Positions 1-13,797 of a stretch of 64,000 nucleotides of DNA are shown piece by piece. A program made the position numbers and the translations under genes. Origin of the DNA: Felis catus (Eukaryota); the NCBI RefSeq assembly GCF_018350175.1, contig NC_058368.1, positions 232,998,001-233,062,000 on the forward strand, written 5' to 3'. Positions within the stretch are counted from its first letter, which is position 1. Each line of letters starts with the position of its first letter. A model generated the notes under the pieces. It was not told the DNA's origin, did not search any database, and saw nothing but the letters and a program-made list of their open reading frames with translations.

Positions 1-414
1 CTTGCAATCATGTAATGGGATTATACGATACAATTTGGATTGCCTGGATTTATTTTCGTTTGCCTCCAAGAGGCTATCTGACAAATACTGAGTGTGGATT
101 TCTGGAGAGCAAACAGACTTCCTTTCTCAGCGACGGGCATTTTGTCATTTAAATTCATTATCAGGGAATGTAAGATCACATTAAATCCACAGAAAATAAT
201 CTTCCTGTTTAGGAACAGCTGAATTTCCTCTCTCAAAATATGTAAAATCCCTACCGTATAATAGATTTGGTTTTTGTTGTTTTTTTTTTTTTTTACCATG
301 GAACATAGATGAACATTAATATTTCTACCAAAGCATTTATTTATTGTATTTATTAGATTCTAATATCAGTTCCAATTGTTTCCAAATAAGTTTGACTTTA
401 AAACTAGTAAATGA

Positions 415-628
415 GGGGCGCCTGGGTGGCGCAGTCGGTTAAGCGTCCGACTTCAGCCAGGTCACGATCTCGCGGTCCGTGAGTTCGAGCCCCGCATCGG
501 GCTCTGGGCTGATGGCTCAGAGCCTGGAGCCTGTTTCCGATTCTGTGTCTCCCTCTCTCTCTGCCCCTCCCCCGTTCATGCTCTGTCTCTCTCTGTCTCA
601 AAAATAAATAAACGTTAAAAAAAAATTT
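415..628 (+). mobile_element. Can-SINE, young feline SINEC_Fc-type
   Basis: Head GGGGCGCCTGGGTGGCGCAGTCGGTTAAGCGTCCGAC, B box GTTCGAGCC, (CT)n tract, AATAAA/A tail; TSD AAAACTAGTAAATGA at 400-414 and 629-643. Confidence 0.97.
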
Positions 629-2109
629 AAAACTAGTAAATGAGACCCTATGGGTTCCTCTTTCCATTCCATGGCCCTAGTCAGTCCTCCCTCTTCTCAT
701 GGGCACCCCAACATCCTGGAAACCATTTAGACTTGGACTTAACTAGTTGATTTTCTAGGCTGCCACGGTTCCATTTATGACCTAGGCTTTAGTCACTGTA
801 ATTCTAAGTGGAAAGAGATCTGTGAAATCCACCTAATCCTTATCCAAAAAAGGATAAGTTTGGGGCTGACCTTCCCCACGACGCCCCGGACTCAGCTCAC
901 TCCGTCATCTGCCCACCTGGAGCGGTTCCCGTGCCTCACGTCCTTGTCCGCCAGTCACCCTCCCCAGCGACCCATCCAAAGGGACGCTCACACCAGCGTC
1001 TTGCTGAGGCCTCTGCTCACAGCAGCAGCCTTACATCCCTCTTCTGCAAACCAAGCCTCCTCAAAAGGAACTCACCCCAAACGTGGCCTTCAAAGGTTTG
1101 GAAAGGTCCTCCAAGGCCGAGGTACCATCAGTGACAATTCAGGGATAATTCAGTGATAGTTACCAGCATGCAAAACATTTTTATTGCAACAGCAAGAAAA
1201 AATACATGGTTTAGGTAATGTCTTAGTCAAATGATGGAAAGCTTTGAATCTTCAAAAAGACTACTGACAGGAATTTGAAAACCAGGAGGCATAAAAACAG
1301 TGTGTTCCCCGCTGGGCTCCTGGCTCCTTGGCCTTGCCAGGACCTTGATGAGCAGTCGAGGGGGAGCACCTTTGATCAACAAGGTCTTCCCCTTGAGCTG
1401 ACACCGTGTGCTTGGGGAGCCTCCAGGGAGACTCAGCTAGAATGAGCTCAGGACCCAAGGACGACCCACCAGAAACACCCAAATAACTTGTCCCCTGAAG
1501 CCAATCTAGGCAGCCTGGGGACACGTCCACCCCAGAGAATTAAGCTGTTGAGCTTCTCCTTCATGTTTTTAGAAACACACAGCCAGGAAGCCTGGCCAAG
1601 GTGGGCGAGGACACCATTAAGCCACCTGGCTGTCCTGGAACCCTTCGTGTACCAACATGAATCCAGGCACATCTGTGACAGCTGCAGTTTGAGTAGATCG
1701 TTGCAAACTATTCCTGTTTTCACCCCCTCTGGCCCCCCCAGCCACTCACGGAAACTAACTTCAGTGCCTTGTCTCTACTTTACCATGTGAAGATTTTGCT
1801 ACTTCAACGACACCGGCCTGAAAAATCACATCATCTCTGAAAAACCACCGTTAGCAATGTCGAGATTTATTTGCTTTTCAGACCACCACCACGCCCCGCA
1901 TGACTGGGAACGTGTAATTGGCAAAAACAGTTTGAGAAAAACCAAGTGATGAAGGTATTTATCCCAAATTACTTTTTACATATTTAATATGTCCGATTTG
2001 ATGTGTTTTTGAACTGCCGACTTCTCGGTGTGCTATCGTTGGGGGAAGCACTTAATATCAATTTATTCCCAAATTGGTGATGGTAAGCTTTTTTTTTTTC
2101 CTTTTTGTT

Positions 2110-2722
2110 TTCATTGAGACTTTACTTTTTAATAGCGGTTTTGGCTTCATAGCATAAATGAGGGAAGGTACAGAGATTTCCCCATATACTCCTGCCTCCA
2201 CACAAGCACAACCCACCCTTTCACCCCCTTGTCAATATCCCCCACCAGAGGCGGGGATTTGTTACAGGGGTACGTTTGCTGCAGTTGATGAACATGCATT
2301 GACACAATCCAAAGTTCACATTACGGGTCCCTCTTGGTGCCATACATTCTTTGGGCTTGGACATATGTGTGATGACATGAATCCATAATATTGTGTCATA
2401 CAGAGTATTTTCACTTCCCTAAAAATCCTTGTGCCCTGCCTGTTCCTCCCGTGCCTGGGTCCAAACCTCTGGCAACCCACTGACCTTTTTACCATCTGTG
2501 TAGCTTTGCCTGTTCCCAAATGTCATAGAGTTGGAATCAAAAAGTACGTGGCCTTTCCAGAGTGGCTTCTTTCCCTAAGAAATATGCATTTAAGGTTTTT
2601 CCATGCCTTTTCATGGCTTAATAGTTCATTTCCTTTTAGCGATGAGTAGCGTTCCACTGTCTGGATGGACCCCAGCTAATTTATCCATCCACAGACTGAA
2701 GGGCATCTCGGTTCCTCCCAAA
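2110..2722 (-). mobile_element. Old LINE-1 3' end (L1MC1/2-like)
   Basis: T-rich tail followed by typical antisense L1M 3' UTR text (CTGGCAACCCACTGACC, GAGTTGGAATCA, TTTATCCATCCAC...GAAGGGCATCTCGGTT); subfamily from memory. Confidence 0.8.
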
Positions 2723-3270
2723 GGTGACATTTTGATAACTTAGTTTAGTGCTGCCAGCCAAGACTCTCCACTGTAAAATCATAAGTTTCCCTTTGTAGGT
2801 AATTCATGGGTAGATACTTTGAGTAAAACTATGTTGTTCTTCATCAAATTTTGACTGCTTACTACTTTCAATGTCCTATGATTGTATAACTCCATCACTC
2901 TGTAGTTATTAGCTGGCATCGCACGACAAATGAGAAATTTCCCTCCCCCTGTGTATATGTTTGTTTACATCAGACTCAACTCATGTATTTTTATTTTATC
3001 CAGTGGGCCATTGTCTATTACAATAAATATCCATTTTGATGCACAGATTTTCACAGATTGGGCCAAGGCAACTCTTTTAGTTCTTGACCCCCTTTGATGG
3101 TTTCCTACGACTCCTTAAGGACATGTTTATTTTCTGATACAATACGATGTTCCAGACTCATTTTATCCTTTTCCTGCTCCAGCTCCGGAATTAGCTACCT
3201 TTCCAAGGAGTTCTGGTTCCTCTCAGCAGAACATGTTATTTAGAAACCAAAATCTTGATGGTAGGCTCTA
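2723..3270 (-). mobile_element. Old LINE-1 3' UTR fragment (L1MC4-like)
   Basis: Motifs GATGTTCCAGACTCATTTTATCC, TCCAAGGAGTTCTGGTTCCT, TATTTAGAAACCAAAATCT are the reverse complement of the kind of text seen in the L1 3' UTR at 62900-63010. Confidence 0.65.
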
Positions 3271-5459
3271 TGGGTATTAGATTCTTCTCCAACTTCGCAG
3301 CATAAACCAGGAGCTCTAATCACCCTTTGAAGACATCCAGGGCAGTAAGAAGAGAGGACATTGAAACTGAGCATTTCAGAGCACCTGGATTGCAATATTG
3401 TACTCATATTCTGCCTCCTTCTGGATTTCTGTGCAAAGTGAATGGGTTTGCCTTTTGTGTTTGAAATTTCATGATTTTAATGCCAGTGACTGATCTTTCT
3501 GCATCGTTTGTCCCAAACTTAGGTGTGAGGAGAACTGAGTAAACTGACCAAAGTAGTACGTGTGCAGTGTAGAAAAATAATACTGGGTGTTCTGTCACGA
3601 AATATCTTCTGCAGGCATTGTTTAAAGTCGCACGTGACTCATTTTGCATAATGACATTTTATTGTTCTATTGCTATGACAACTTGAAAGAAAATTACTTC
3701 TATAGAAAGTATACTTTTTATTCTTTGCTCAGTCTTTCTGTTAAGATTAAAAATGTGCTTAGTGGCTTGCTGAATTCACTGTCAAAAAAATAGTAAAAGA
3801 TTAAACAGAATCACAAGTATTTCCAAGTGAAGTTCTCAGGTCTTACTATATTTGAAAATGTACCTAACATATTTCATACTTTTTCCTCTTCGGTTACAAT
3901 GTCGTTGTCACTTCTGAGGTTGGTTGTTAGTGGTCATCACCAGCCAATGGAATTTCTAAAAATCCCTTATTTGATAGTGGGTATCTGTTCCCTTGCATCC
4001 TTACAATATTGTCTGGTGTGGACATTTCACTACAACGTCTACTAATAATTTAGGTTGTACCTACCACTTATGAAGTGTCTTGTGTATATACTTTATCTCC
4101 ATTAGTAGGTTATGTTTCACTCATTCCAATGTCTGGGGAAGGCAGCTGGAGCTCCAGTGTCTCAGGGCTGAGTTTAGAACCAGATCTCCAGATTCCCCTG
4201 CTGGCCCTCCGGGTCCACAGCCTACATCAACTTCATTTTATAGTACTGTTTAATATTCATGCTGGGGAAACATTACTCCCTTTCATTAGACCAGATAGCG
4301 TGCTCAAATCACAAATGGTGTGCTTGTACGTGAATTCCAATACAGTGTTGACCTCTTCCTTTGTGTGATTAGTGCCTTTCCAAATACGCCGTGTATCAGC
4401 CGAATTTTCAGTTGTCAGTGCATCTGCTCTCTGACATCGTATCTATTAAATAACGAATAGTTTTTCGACCAAAACATGTATGTCCCTAGGAAGTTCATTT
4501 ATTGAAAGGCATATCCTGCAAATTACTTAATCTGTTCACCAATGAGGAGGAGTATCCATGCCTCTAGCTTAGGAAACATAGATGCAGATCTCCGCTAATT
4601 GGCATGGACGCATTTGATGATGAGCTGAAAGGTACCAGCACAAGTCATTTTGTCCCCCTTGAAATACTGTGAGCATGACTGACGAGACACCACAGTAGGA
4701 TTGCTCATTCCCAGGAGATGGAATTAGGGTAGTTTTTACTTTTCTCTTTATGACATTCTGAAATGAAGCAAGCATGTCAAATCAACCCTTTGGGGAACTC
4801 AGTTACCAGAGTTCTAATTGTCATCAAGTGTCGCCTTGGAAAACAGTCTGCAAGCAACTAACTCTTGTCTTGCAGAGGGCTGAGGCTGTGAGCAGACACG
4901 CATCTAAACATGTGTTAGTAACAAAATAAGCAACAAGCTCTCTGTAGATTGGATATTAAAATAACCTTGTACATAGCAACTATCCTTTTAAGGAAACATG
5001 GGGAGACTGGTAATTAGATGACTTGCACTCATGAATTTTTCAGATTGTGAAATAGCTGTGCCTCAGAAACATATAATTCTCATTTATTTTATTATACTCT
5101 CAAATTAGATCCGGCAGTATGATATTTATCAATTGACGATCTATACTGCAAGTGATATCTATAATCTTTTTAATTCCTTCCGTGCCTATTAAGAAGTCAT
5201 TCAGGTTTTCATGAAATTGAATGAGTCTCTGTGTATGGGTACATGTGTGCTTATGTGTGGTTATAGATGTGTCTGTGTATGTAATTTAGTATATCTTTAT
5301 ATCCTTATGAAATGCATTTCATAGAGATTTTCAAATTCACTGAAAAAAGTACTACCTTTTATTCTCTTAAATTATGCTGTTATTCTGTTGTTTTTATAAT
5401 TCTTCATAGCATTCTTTTCGGTCTTTTTTAATAGCCGTTTGGCTCAGGGAAATCTATGT

Positions 5460-5580
5460 AATCTCTCTGACCCTCAACATCCTCCTTCGTAAAATGGAAT
5501 TGGTAATACCTTCCCCATAAGGTGGATGAGATTGAGTGCACATAAAATGCTCACACCGTGCCCTGCCCATGACAAACTGG
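5460..5580 (+). mobile_element. MIR fragment
   Basis: Core-like CTCTCTGACCCTCAACATCCTCCTTCGTAAAATGGAATTGGTAATACC...GAGATTGAGTG. Confidence 0.6.
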
Positions 5581-7894
5581 ATGTAATTCCCAAGCCAATA
5601 TGTATCCTTCCGGTCTCAGGCCAGTGCTTGTCCTTAGAGGTCTCTCTATACAGCACCTTGCCTTGACCATGACATAAGTATTCAGATGCTGGCAGTGATG
5701 CTTATGTAGAGATCTCTCCCTTCTCTCTCCGGTGGAACAGGCTCTAGAACAATCAGGACATGGTTCCTCATATCTTCAAACACCACAACCAGGGGCCGGT
5801 TCGAGTCTGGGTGGTTTGTTCCATTGGGCACTGGGTGTGCCCAGGCAGATCACCTCAGTTCGGGCACCAACCCCTCCTGAAACACCCTGGGAAGGACAAA
5901 GAAGCTTTGCGAGGGAGTCAGCCTAAGAAAACGATTTCTGTTCTTTTAGGTTTTGAGAATTTCATCATTTAGCATTCCTGTAGCAGCTTACTGGAGTTAT
6001 ACAGTGTGTTCTTAGCTTCTTTTTCTAGATGTAAATGGTCTTCTTCAAAGAAATTTAGCGTACAGACTTCAATAATATTTACTATGGCTTTGAAAGCAAG
6101 TAAAACTCTTGAACATAGATCAGACCTGCAGGAGCAGAAAGGAGCCAGCCAACACAGTTTGAATGGGGTTAAAACCTCTTCTTAACTACAAATCTTTTTG
6201 AATTTTATTCCCTCACCTGGCACAGAGCACTCTCAGGATAGATCGACAAATTTTGTTTTACTTTTGAATTACATAAGGGTTCTATAAACTTTGGGTCCTT
6301 CTTAACACGGCGCTGTCCCTGCTGACCAAACTGTCCAGTAGCATTGGGCACACTGGCTCAGGGCCTTCAGCTCTGCAGAAGCACTTTCCCTGCTCTGCTC
6401 ATATCTGTGGTCATGGACCTTGGTGGGGAGAACAACCCGACTGCAGGAAGACCTGGTCCCCAGGCTGCCTCTTTCCAGTTTCAGGGCGTCCCCCAGACTT
6501 TTTCATTCCTTCCGGTTTCCATGCCTACGTTCGCATAATAATACCAATTCTTGATAATTAGACAACTATTGATATCATCACTCTATCCAACAGGCACTGC
6601 AATTCCCATCTCACAGGTGAGGGACCTAAGCTGGAGGTGGCAGAGCTGGGCCTGAAACCAGGTCGTCCTCCTAGGCTGGACGTTTTGTAGGGGACAGTCA
6701 TGGTGCTTTCTTAGACAGACTGGACTGGGAATCAGCCTTCGGCTTCTCATCGGAAATTATGCGTGCTCAATGCAGTAGGCAGGCCATGGGGGCATTGTCC
6801 ATGTTTTATAAAAGAAGGGTAAAGAATTTCTTTCCTCTTGAGGGACTGCATACACAGGCGGATGATGGTCATGCCATATGTGAAAGCAGAACTCTGATTC
6901 AGACCTCCTCAGCAACCAGCCCCGAATGAGCAGGACTCAAGAACTGACAGCTTCCCTAAATTGCTGAGTCGTCCTCGCAAGTCAGGAACAACCAGAGGAA
7001 GTCAAATCTATGCCCCAAACCAATTACCTAGGGCCCCACTTCTGGTTTGGCCACCTCCAGCTCTGCCATGCCAATCACGACACCCCTGAAGCCTTCCCTG
7101 TCTTCACCACAAGGTTTTTCCCCCGCAACCCCCGTCTGCCTTGGCGTCTCTTCCAAACGCATGTGACGGTGGCCAACTCTCTTGCCACAGCAAGCCTGTG
7201 CTCGTTCTTATTCGGGCCGTCTTCCTTTGCTTCCATGCCCTTGAGGAACAAGGTGTGAGGTTGGAAGGATGGGCCTTCCTCAGTCGGGCTGCCCTCGATG
7301 ACACAACAAAGCAGATACTTGGGTGGCTGTGTCCTCCTGCCGTGTTTCCACACAAGCAGAACAAGTATGTCCTCAAAGAATAACTGTAGTTACTAATGAG
7401 ATCCCAGCTCAACTAGCTGATGATGCTTTCCTATGATATAAATGAATACATGCTTTCCATTTTTACTCACTTCGGGTGTCTCAGTGGTCCATGAACTGGA
7501 AACGCATTTTCAAACTCTTTAGATGCGTCCTACTACCTAAATAATTCCTGGCCACCCTGTCTGTGTGCCTTTGCAAACATTCGCCTACACTCAGGTCATG
7601 GTCTGCTCTGATTCCTCCAGATTTTGCTGTCATTCCCACAGAGGAGCAGTGGGTTATCTTCTATTATTTTACAACTGATTTGCACAGTTTGTTAATTGAT
7701 TTCTGTCTGAGTCTTATCACTAAAACCACACCAAAAATCTCTCTAGAAGCTTAAGGAGAGTGAGGGGAAATTACCATCTTCAATTAGGAAAAGATAAGAA
7801 GCAAATGATCATCGACCTTGTCACCTTGGGAAGTCACCCTGCAAAGAAGAAGAGAGGACAGGATGGGACCAGAAAGAGTGGTTTGGGTTTTTTC

Positions 7895-7896
<2 letters not shown>

Positions 7897-7930
<34 letters not shown>
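7897..7930 (+). repeat. (TTA)n microsatellite, ~11 units
   Basis: Read directly; followed by AT-rich low complexity to ~8025. Confidence 0.95.
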
Positions 7931-7931
<1 letters not shown>

Positions 7932-8035
7932 ATTCTTGGCCAGGATTTCTTGGACTAATGGCATGATATATTATATATAGTATATATATAATATATAATT
8001 CACAACTATATATACATATATATATGAAAGTGCAG

Positions 8036-9068
8036 GGAATAATAAACTAAACACTAAACTAGATAAGCTAAAAGGCAATTGACTCAATGGAAAAAGATAT
8101 TTCCACATGACATATCTGATAAAGGGTTAGTACCCAAAATCTATAAAGAACTCATCAAACTCAATACCTAAAATGACAAATAATCCAGTGAAGAAATGGG
8201 CAGAAGACATTAATTGGCACTTCTCCAAAGAAGACGTCCAGATGGCCAACCGACACATGAAAAAATGCTCGACTTCACTCTTCATCAGGGAAATACAAAT
8301 CAAAACCACAATGAGATACCACCTCACACCTGTCAGCATGGCTAACATTAACAACTCAGGAAATAATAGATGTTGGTGAGGATGTGGAGAAAGGGGAACC
8401 CTCTTGTGCTGTTGGTGGGAATGCAAAGTGGTGCAGCCATTCTGGTAAACAGGATGGTGGTTTCTCAAAAAATTAAAAATATAACTGCCCTATGACCCAG
8501 CAACTGCACTACTAGGTATTTATCCGAAGGATACAAAAATGTTGATTTGATGGGGCACGTGCACCCCAATGTTTATAGCAGCACTATCGACAATAGCCAA
8601 ATTATGGGATGAGCCCAAATGTCTACCCCATCTTCTTATCCATTCATTGGTTGATGGACATTTGGGCTTTTTCCATAATATATATACTCAGGAATCAAAA
8701 AGAATGTAATCTCACCACTTGAGACCACATGGATGGAACTAGAGTGCATTGTGCTAAGTGAAATAAGTCAGTCAGAGAAAGATCGATACCATATGATTTT
8801 ACTCATATGTGGAATTTAAGAAACACAATGGATGAACACAGGAGAAGGGAAGGGAAAACAGAGAGGGAGGCAAATTTAAGAGACTCTTATGTACACAACA
8901 AACTGAGTGTTGCTGGAGGGAGGTGGGCGGGGTGGAGGGGCTAGATGGGTGATGGGCATTAGGGAGGGCATTTGTTGGGATGAGCACTGGGTGTCATACG
9001 TAAGTGATGAAGCCAATACTACAATGTATATTAACTAATTTGGATTTAAATAAATTAATCTAAAAAAA
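8036..9068 (+). mobile_element. 5'-truncated carnivore LINE-1 (ORF2 C-terminus plus 3' UTR)
   Basis: Translation [52 protein letters not shown] is L1 ORF2 C-terminal; AATAAA and A tail at ~9049-9068; TSD GAAAGTGCAG at 8026-8035 and 9069-9078. Confidence 0.95.
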
Positions 9069-10249
9069 GAAAGTGCAGACAATAATATCCTCCCATCCCC
9101 ATGCATCCACCACAAATAGTGAACAGATGATGACGTTTTGTCAACGAGCCTCAGTGCCTTTCTTGGTCTCCTCTCCACTTTGACCTTCTCACCGGCAGCA
9201 GGTGCCGCAAACCCTGTGTATAGTTGCAGTGTCACCGGGGAAGAGGAGAAAGAGAGGCAGCCTGCAGACCAAGGTGACAGGGATGGGTCCTGAGTAATGT
9301 CCACACCCTGCTGGGTCAGAAGAGCGGGACTCACTGCTCTGGCAGAGGGCAGGCTCCAAGGTGGTGCCTCCCCCGCTGGCGTCAGCTCCTTTGTCTGCTG
9401 TTCTCTGAGAACCTTCTGGAGAGATGCAGTGGGAGGCTGTCCCTTCTGGAGCAGCACCACCTAGAAACCTGCTTCCCCTGGGTTTGGCGCCTCGGGGTTC
9501 CCGTAGGATCTAAGCAACCCCAGTTCCTTACAGTGGAGCCCAGTGTCTCTGAGAAAACAGCTCCTGTGAAGGTCAGCTGACTTCCTGTTGATTTGTACTT
9601 GACCGATGTTGATTAATTAAGGACCGATTTTCCTGGATTGAGGTCCAGCCTGGCATACTCTGCCTCTTAGAACAGACCTGAATAGGGGTCCAATTCTACA
9701 AAGGTCAGTTTAATTTGTGTTCTCTGTCCGCCTTTGGGTAATTCAAACCAATGGACAGCCTGCACTTTGCCTGGAGGCAGAATCCTAGGGGAGGCCAAGT
9801 CCAATCCCACCTTTGTTCCACAGGGGCGGGTTCTGGGAGGACCAGGCCCGGCCCAGGCCCCCTTATGATCCCCTTATGATCCCCTTATGACTTCCTGCCC
9901 CTAGGCCTCTGTTGATCAGCCCCAAGGGTCATCCGGGAGTCCTGGCCCGAGGGAGACAGCTCCTGTGTTGGCAACACTGTGGCTTCCTCCTTCACTGATC
10001 TATTTCCAAGGCCTTAACATTCATCTATCGAGTCCTTTGAAGTTCATCCACCGCAGGCATTGGTGTGAGTCACAAGACACAACAGACACACTTGAACAAA
10101 ATGGTGTGTTTACAGCAGGATTTCCCGTTCTGCACTCCGGATAAGCAGGGAAAGAAAAGAACTCTCACGTCCTCTACTTTGTTGCTCCGCCGACCCCACA
10201 GTGGGCATCTCTCACTTGTCTCCCCTCAACTCCATGGGACATTCTCTGC

Positions 10250-10540
10250 ACCAGTGGGAGTTTCTGGTACCAGTGACATACTCCCACTCTGGCTAATTCA
10301 CCAAAGGGGAGATTTGTTGAAATGACTCAGGGTGATCCAACAATCAGTTTTCAGAAGGTCCAGAGCCAGGGAACACCGGCGTCCTGGGAAATGAGACATA
10401 TGGACAATACCTTCGGGGTGCAGAGTTTCCAATATTTTATCCTTGATTCTCTCTCCCAGCCAAGATCCAAGTTCCAGAAGAGAGAGATTCCGATTGGCCT
10501 AGTGTGGGTCACATGCTACCCTCTGAACCTGGGAGGCGGG
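10250..10540 (-). mobile_element. Degenerate MaLR (MLT1-like) LTR fragment
   Basis: CCAGAAGAGAGAGATTCCGATTGGCCTAGTGTGGGTCACATGCTACCCTCTGAAC resembles old MLT1 text; boundaries approximate. Confidence 0.45.
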
Positions 10541-11392
10541 AGCAGTCTGATGAATGTTCTCATTATACGTGATCTGGAGAAGCAGGGTTGCTGATTCTTC
10601 CTGATTGGCCTGGGGTTTCCCAGTGTTATCACTGAAAGTCCTGCATCCTGGGAACCCCCGCAGACCCATGAAATGTGGAGAAAGTGGTTCACGCTGGAAA
10701 GGGCTTGTTTCTTGCTTGAAGATTGAGGCATTATTACCAGACGAAGGCAGAAGGAAAATTGACCTAAGCGAAACAGCAAACACCCATGATGTAGCTCTCT
10801 CAGGATTCAAGTGGTGGCAGATGAGCAAACCTGGAAGAAGAGGTGTCCACCGTCCATGGACTTGGTTTGCGTGGGAAGCCCTGGACTTCTGTGGGAGGGG
10901 GCGGGGGGGGCATTAGCTATGCAAGGATATCACCACGCTGCCTTCTCCTCTGCTCTGTAAAGGAATGCTCCCCCATGCTCATAACAAGATGCAGTGAGTC
11001 TCTTCCCTGTGATCTATTCTGGGGTCCTCCACTCTGATTCCAAACCCAATGTCCTTCCAAAGCGTGGGCTTTGAGGACCGCATGCACATGTCCTGCGTCG
11101 ACCACATTATATTGCTAACAAATTCAATCTCTGCAAGCTCTGAGCATTTGTACAATAACAGGTCCAGAAAATCCTCTGCCCCTGCACACATGACCAAGAT
11201 CTAGACCGTACCTGCGAGGGGCAGGTAGTCAATTGGCCTCAGTCATGCGAGCAATTTCTCTTGGGGTCAGTTCACGTTCCTGCCTCCCACACCCACAGCC
11301 ACCACCTCCCACTTCCTGTAAGCCTCCCTCCAGTGTGTCTTTAGTAGTCCAAGGGAAGTAATTTCCATGGGTCATTGAAAATCTGCCACCTC

Positions 11393-11590
11393 GGGGCACC
11401 TGGGTGGCTCAGTCGGCTGAGTGTCCGACTTCGGCTCAGGTCACGATCTCATGGTTCATGAGTTCCAGCCCTGCATCAGGCTCTGTGCTGACATCTCAGT
11501 CTGGAGCCTGCTTCCGATTCTGTGTCTCCCTCTCTATCTGCCCCTCCCCCTCTCACACTCTGTCCCTCTCTCAAAAATAAATAAACACTA
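11393..11590 (+). mobile_element. Can-SINE (SINEC_Fc2-like)
   Basis: GGGGCACCTGGGTGGCTCAGTCGG head, CT tract, A tail; imperfect TSD AAAATC(TG/GA)CCACCTC. Confidence 0.95.
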
Positions 11591-11730
11591 AAAATCGACC
11601 ACCTCTTCTGTGATGTTACTGGACCATTCTCATTCTCCTTAGTGCAGTCTATGAAGGTGGAATGTTCCATACATATGTCGCATAATTGAATGGAATTTTT
11701 GCAACATGATTAAAATTAACAGTGACTAAT

Positions 11731-11848
11731 GGGGTTGCCTGGCTGGCTCAGTCAGTTGAGCATCTCACTCTTGATTTCAGTTCAGGTCATAATCTCAGGG
11801 TTGATGGATTGAGCTCTGAGTCTGGCCCTGCATTGAGCACGGAGCCAA

Positions 11849-11893
<45 letters not shown>

Positions 11894-11930
11894 GCCCTTC
11901 TCCACCACCCCGTCTCTCAAATAAAAACAA
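11731..11930 (+). mobile_element. Older Can-SINE
   Basis: GGGGTTGCCTGGCTGGCTCAGTCAG...CTCTTGATTTCAGTTCAGGTCAT head, long (CT)n, tail; imperfect TSD AAAATTAAC(A)AGTGAC. Confidence 0.92.
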
Positions 11931-13374
11931 AAAATTAACAAGTGACCAATACAGTACCTAATCGTGTATCAACTTCACATTTTATCAGAACCCTTTCTCA
12001 TTTCTCTGTTCCGTTTCATTAGAAAATTTGTTTGATTATGCGCAGCCACAGTAGACACAACGTGGACTTCTAGAAACTCACATTCTCCAAAGCCAAAGCT
12101 GATTTCCATCCGATGAACCCCGTGTTAGTGACACCACAGGAAAATGAACAAGCCTCTCTGGAAAGTTAACTTACACTCCTACTCTGAGGAGGTGGTTTGG
12201 AAATAGATGCGGAAGAACTTTTTTATTTGAAGCTTAAATCTGGACTGGTTTTTTTTTTTTTTTTTTTGATGTTGTTGGTTTGGTTACTTGTTTTGTTTTG
12301 GTGTTGGTGGTGGTTTTGGGGTTTTGGTTCGACCTAATCCGGAGACTTCACAATTGTTGCCAACAGATCTTTATATTTTAGGATAACATTATATTCTGAA
12401 TCCTAACGCCATGCCTATCCCAAAATTTCAGGAGATGTTCCGATGTACCTTACTGTCTCATTTTCTGTATCAATAAAATTAACCAGATATGGCAGTGATC
12501 AGCATCCACAACACGTCCCACGGACGTCGTCTTGTGCCTGGATGTGGCACAACGTTGAGGAGCTATATGCTGTCGCTACTGTGGTTTCAGGAAATGTGCT
12601 GAGGCTTTGCCCACGTCACTCCTAGGAAACCAGGGCGGGAGCTCCGGACTTCTTTGTACCTGAATCCGCAAATCGAGAGGATTGGACGAACAGCGGGAAG
12701 GGGAGTGACGTAGGCTGTGTTTTCACTGCATTTCAGTGAGCACAAACCATAATTTGAGAAACGTGTACAAGTAGAGCAATTAGCTGTCACGTTTCCTCTG
12801 AGTCAAACAGGACTGCAGCGCATTGCTGGGTGCAAAGGAGACACCACAAAAGTCTGAGCCACCATGCTTGATCTTCAAGGGCCGCCATTACAGAGACGGA
12901 TGGATCACCCACCCAGCTCTGGGCCGGGCCCTGGGTTATTTCTGGGGATGTGAAGGCAAATAAAACGTGGCTGCTTCTCTGGAGATACAGCTGCCCATTT
13001 GCACGTTTTGGCAGAGCTAGACTTGAGAGTCGAGGGAGCCCCTGAAAAGCACAGTCTTGCTAGCCTGCCAGGATAGGCTATGCGGCGAAATAGCGTTTGA
13101 ATTGTAAATAAACCTCTTCTGAGGGCTGAGGAGTAGTTCATAAGGATGTAGATTTATAATGATAAAAGCTAGTAAGAGACTGTTAGGCAAACTGAAATTT
13201 TCAGCTCTCACAGCCATCCAAGAACTGTTTCTGTAGGCAGGAAGATTAAGGGAGGGCATCCCTAAATCACCGCTTCTGGCCCTGCTCCTCGGAAATCTTC
13301 TGTAGGTCTCCAAAGAGAGATCTTCTGTGTACTTTACTGCCGTCTGCTCTCAAGTCTGTATTTCTTGATGGTAA

Positions 13375-13757
13375 TTGTTCTTTCTGTGCGCGTGGTGAAA
13401 ATGCTTAAGATCCAGTCTCAGTAACCTTCAAGTACATAATACCGCATCATTAACTATCGTCCCCATGCTGTACTTCTTCCTATTTATTCAGAACGTATTC
13501 TTCTGATAACTAAAAATGTGTACCCTGTGACCTATATCACCCGATTTTCCCCTTCGCCAGCAACCTCCATTCTATTCCCTGTTTCTAGGAAACTGACTTC
13601 TTTTTTTCTTTCTTTTTTTTTTTTTAAGATTCCACATATAAGTGATATTTTGCAGTAATTGTCTTTGTCTGGCCTGCGTTAGCTTGAAACTATCCTAATT
13701 CATCCATGTTGTCAAAAAGCAGCAGGATTTCCTCTTTTAATAACTTAGTAATAGTTC

Positions 13758-13797
<40 letters not shown>

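Noticed and set aside
415..500. tRNA genes at SINE heads
   Set aside because: The A/B boxes continue into SINE body, CT tract and A tail with TSDs, so these are retroposons.
404..667. Recurrent ORFs with RERGRHRIGNRLQALSHQPRAR or AQSVKRPTSAQV motifs (also 15957, 20436, 26185, 38782, 56301)
   Set aside because: They are translations of Can-SINE copies, not a gene family.
8173..8379. ORF with clear protein similarity
   Set aside because: Fragment of LINE-1 ORF2 in a truncated, interrupted copy.
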